Below are positions 59,175 to 64,000 of a stretch of 64,000 bases of DNA, piece after piece. Each line of letters starts with the position of its first letter. Position 1 is the stretch's first letter. Source of the stretch: Octopus sinensis (taxonomy: Eukaryota); NCBI RefSeq assembly GCF_006345805.1, contig NC_043014.1, positions 2,728,001 through 2,792,000 on the forward strand, written 5' to 3'. Both the position numbers and the translations under genes were made by a program. Below the pieces are notes generated by a model. That model was not told where the DNA came from. It ran no database searches and worked only from the letters and a program-made list of their open reading frames with translations.

Positions 59175-59191
59175 GGCGATCTTTCGTCGCC
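59175..59191. mobile_element. 17-bp collapsed remnant of MITE family M3
   Basis: ggcgatctttcgtcgcc is flanked by the exact direct repeat aaatatga. Its first 14 nt are identical to the M3 left TIR. Confidence 0.7.
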
Positions 59192-60015
59192 AAATATGAA
59201 TATATCCCTCATAACCAGATCCCTCGGTTCCACTCCTTCCTTATTCCATTCCCAGATTCACTTTTGTAGACCATTCCGTTACTGCTTTTGGGTGGTCCTA
59301 ACTTCAAATAACGCGCCTTACACGTATTTTTGTCTCTACATCATTTTCGGACCTTGACTCCCGCCACCTCTATATATTTATACATTTCCTGGGTTAATAC
59401 AATTAAAGTTAGTTACCAAAGCACCGGTCATATGAAGACGAGAAATTGTTTTTCCCGTCTTCTTCATCTAACCTTTGTCTGAACCCTGTAAATAAAGTAG
59501 AAGAATGACATATATATATATATACATATATATATAAATCTATGACACTCATGTTTATTTTGGGTTGACGCTTCTTCAGGAAGGCCTAAATGTCAAACAT
59601 ATATTTCTGGTTTTTGCTGTGGGGGCATTTTATATCAGCACTGGTATCAATAAGTTAGTTTATTTTTCCTTGTAGATTTCTTCCCATGCGATAAAAATAT
59701 GTACCAGTAAGTACCTCGGGTCGATTAAACTGAAGCCAACTCTATTACATCCCTCCTTTCACAAAACTATGACCTCGTGCTTATCGAAGAAATTATCACC
59801 ATTATTATTAAGTGTCAATGAGTACCAGCTTTCATCTTTCTGAAGTTATAGGTGTTGACGGAAGATACAGTAAGCAAAGCATAGGCATATCTACACATTA
59901 GGGCCCCACGCTCCATAACTTTGTTCCCTTTATAACTTTCTAAATATTATTATTATTTATGTCATTGAGTACTTACCACCTTTCGTCTAAGAGTTTGGTG
60001 GGGTGTTATTGATTG

Positions 60016-60047
<32 letters not shown>

Positions 60048-62225
60048 CACATACACATACGCACACTAATCAGAGCATAACTGCACATTGGTGACCCCTC
60101 CCCCCTAACTTTGTTCTCATAATTTTCTGAGAGATGTATATTTTTAATTGAAATTTTACAGAGATAAGTTGTTGGCAGTGTCAATACAATTATGATGGTA
60201 AAAACTTTGGAAAACAAAAACAGTCTCTCTCTCCAAAGTTGACTTTGTTGGAACCAATTTCCGTTAACTTCAACATTTTCACTTTCTATTTAGATTTATA
60301 TATCTGAAACGTGACCATTACGTTTCAAATCCTCGAAAACATTTCTGCAAAATATTAAAAATATCCAATTTAGAGAGAGAGTTATGAAGAGACAAAATCG
60401 GAAAGAGGGAAGTGCTAATGATAACAAAACTCCTAACAATTTTGTCTTTTAATGTTATCAACACAATCGTAATTTACACCCGCGAAAATGTATCTGCGAA
60501 GTTTCGTTTTTAAAATATGTAGTTTTCAAAAAGTTATGAGGAAACAAATTTAGTGGGGCATCAATCTGTAGTTAGGCCCATGTCAATTACTGCAACTGTA
60601 TTCTTCACAAACGTGGGCCTTGTATCTACTGTCAAAGACCATCGGATAAAATGGCTTAACGACATTTCTTCCGACTTCTTACGTCCTGAGTACAAACCAC
60701 GCTGAGGCTAACTCTGCCTTTCATCCTTTTGGGGTCGATAACAAGAGGAATTCTGAGGAATCCCAACTACGTTTCGTGGTTCGCTACCTCAACAGTTCCT
60801 TTATAGGATCCAGTGCCTAAAGACATCATCAGGAGGAACCACGTCCGGTTTCGGTCCCTTCTCCTCTACCGTTTTCGACGTGTCGCCACCGCACTTTGGT
60901 AGGTGTCTTCAGCTCTGGTGTAGGGTCCATTTCTTCTTTCTCCTTTTTTTTGGCATTTTGTTCTTTGCTTTCTTCGATGCTGCATCAACGAATGGCAGCG
61001 GGGTCGATAACATATAGTATCAGTCAAGTACCGAGCATCGATGTAAACGACTCGCCCCTTCTCGACGTCAAAATGTCAGGCTTTTGGACCTATCTTAGAC
61101 AGAATTACTATTATTATTAAATATGATGATGGAATCGGTAAAACGAAGAGCTAAATGGTGTATTACAAGCTTAAAACCGTGCCAATTTCAAGGTCGATAA
61201 AATCTCCCCGTCATTTACTAGAACCCACTATAGTCGATTGAGTATCGAACAAACGTGCTTTTTGAGTTCGAATCCCGCTGAGGTCAACTTTACCATTCTA
61301 ACAATGAGTCGGTTTATTTTTTCTATAAAGAATCTTGGATATGAATGTAATTATAACACAAGAACTGTTGCATCTCTTCATAAAATAATAGCCTTGGAAT
61401 CGTCTTTGATATAGTGCGCCAGTGGACGTGTGGTATTCCCGCTAAACTGAGAGACAGATGATGTTCCAATCCCGGATTAAAAGGCTTTTGCCATATCGGT
61501 TTCCTCGTCAACGTATTTAGGGAAATGCTTGAACATCACAACATCCATTTTCTCCTCATGTGTCCAGTCAAAATAAACCATTAATACCTTCATCAGCATC
61601 ACCCGTTATCGTCGTGGTGGTCGTCATCATCATCATTATTTTATAATTTACTAAATTGCCGGTTGTCTTTGGACAAGTTCTCATTTTTGTGACCCTTACA
61701 TGTCCTTGGAAAAGGCATGAATATAACCACATCACAATTACTAAACTATACTTTATTTTATTCATATTACACTACTGCTGTTTTCTCATCTATCGCCCTT
61801 GTGGCAAGTAATTAAGAAAAGGGTTAATTACCACGGCCATTAAAACAATTATTATTATTAGTGTTGGTTGCCGTAATAATGGAACTTTTAGCCCAAGGCC
61901 AGAAATTCAACTGGTATTTATTTTATCCTAGTCATAATAATGTACATTTTTGAGTTTTTTAAAAATCCCGAGGTCAATTTTGTATTTTTATTCTTATGGG
62001 GTCGGTAAGATAGTACAAGTTTGTACTTGTGCTGATATAATCAATTCTTTCCCCCAAGATTTGTGACCTTGAGGACAGAGGATTTAGCAGAATCATTAGA
62101 ACATTAGCATTTGTTACCATTCTTTACGTTCTGAGTTCAAATCCAGCCGAGGTCAATTTTGCCTTCCTTCCAAGCTCGATAAAAAAAAGTACCAGTCAGA
62201 TATTGAAGTCGATTTAATCGACTAG

Positions 62226-62262
<37 letters not shown>

Positions 62263-62867
62263 AACTAACGGCAATTAAGAAGTAATTGTTATCATTAATT
62301 AGGGCAGTCACTTAGCTGAATTAATTGGGGTCTCGGACAAAATGCCTTGTGGTATTTTATTTAGGGCTTTTACGTTCTAAGTTCCATTCTATTCAAGAGT
62401 CAAGTCAGTACTACTCATGTGATTGTTCACCCTTTAATGGCCTAATTTATACTTAAAAGAAATGAAAAGGCCTGAAGGCAAAATAATTAACTGACTTTAT
62501 TAGTAAGAATTTTACATAATCTAATCCCCAAAACCTAGTCTTCGACCACACCATGAAGTGGACGAAAGAAAAACGCAATTAAATCGGTATTCCTGTATAT
62601 TTATGTGTGTGTGTCAGCATTTATTAACCCTTCGTCGGGAGTCGTCTCCACCCCCTTTCTCTTCAAATGTCTCACTATGTAAGGAAGAAGTTCTATGTTC
62701 TTCAACGTCGCCATTCTACTACACACGTGTTGCCGCCTTCTCGCAGACATGGCCATCAGACGGAATTCTTTTTTCTGATTGGCATTTGGAGGCTTACAGC
62801 ATGTGTGTGTGTGTGTGTCTGTGTGTTTATACACGTTTTTTCTTTTACAACGTGCGTGTATGTATTA

Positions 62868-62913
<46 letters not shown>

Positions 62914-64000
62914 CGTTCTCTCTCTCTCTCTAGAGACTACTACGGGTAACTGCATATCATATATAAGAAATCACATGCATATACGCATAGATACACGTCA
63001 TATTGAATGCCATACCATAAACTATATGCGTGTGATTGTCTTTGAAAACTTTTATCAAAGTTTTACATGTTTCGTTAGATTTTCTTAAACAAAAAAAACC
63101 ATTTTCTCATTCTCTCTCTCTCTCTCACAACCTCATCTCGTCTATTTACATCAAAATTGTGAACTTGACTTTCCCTTTACTTCCTTCCATATATATTTTA
63201 ACGCTCCTTGTCCTCACAACACACACACACACACCTCTTCGTCTCTCTCTCTTCTATAACCCTGACCCTTTCTCTCCCTCACACACATTCCCTTTCTTCC
63301 CCTCTCTGTCCCCCACCTTCATGCACACTATCCCTTTCTCCTTTATACACGTTCTTCCTCTCCTTTTCTCTTTCACATGCGCACTTTCTCTCCTCTCTCT
63401 CTCTATCACGCCCTGTTCCCCCTTTCTCTCCATCTTCTGCTCCTTTTACACAATCCCTTTCTCTTTCACACACGCCTCTCCCTTTATATCTGTATCCTTT
63501 TCTCGTATCCACTTCATTCTTTTCTCCGTCACATGCAATATCCCCTTTTTCTCACAATATCTTCTTTCTCAAACACACGCATTCTGTTTTGATAAAGCAT
63601 AAATGATATATCCTGAACACACAGACACACACACACCTTGCCTTCTGTATTATGGACTGGCTACTCTTTCTAACCATTCGAGCGACCACGTAGTGGATTC
63701 CTCATTAACACGGTTTCTGTTTTTCATTTCTTACATTTGACTTTAACTTGAGGAAGGAAATAAGGAAGTGAATACAAATTCGAGACCTTGCAACAGAATG
63801 GGCTTTTGCTAAAAGTACCCGAAGGACCAGGTCGTGGTTTTAAACAAACCCCAGTTGGACTATCAACGAAGAACAGCTGGCTGGCCTGACTACGGTTTGG
63901 CGTCACTGCCTTCCCCTATCAAACTTTTGTTTCCTCATAACTTTCTGAAAGATTCATATTTTTAAAATTAAAAAGTGCCGAGATGGCAGGCATGGCTTTG

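Noticed and set aside
63036-63606. 188-aa and 132-aa ORFs
   Set aside because: They are CT-rich low-complexity translations (Ser/Leu/Phe/Pro).

Overview
AT-rich, microsatellite- and transposon-dense animal genomic DNA. The repeat families and simple-repeat load look like a coleoid cephalopod, most likely Octopus (inferred, not database-checked). Three credible protein-coding genes are present, each a single uninterrupted ORF: a six-finger C2H2 zinc-finger gene (2619..3599, -), DNAJC16 (15493..17766, +) and IFT52 (31730..33043, -). DNAJC16 and IFT52 are multi-exon in vertebrates, so both look retroposed or intron-purged. A 121-bp decayed IFT52 fragment lies inverted about 3 kb upstream of IFT52 (36080..36200). 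Its differences from the gene are mostly synonymous, and if it falls within the IFT52 5'-UTR intron it could fold back onto the coding sequence. The rest of the window is repeats: several tRNA-headed SINE families, 3' ends of CR1, RTE, R4/Dong-like and HERO-like LINEs, Helitrons, and mariner, hAT and piggyBac derivatives. There are also at least three MITE families with GG...CC termini and 8-bp TSDs (Merlin-like), one carrying TTAGGG-like cores. Fold-back inverted duplications recur, including a perfect 204-bp palindrome and a perfect 55-bp hairpin at a LINE 5' truncation. No rRNA, genuine tRNA or CRISPR array was found.
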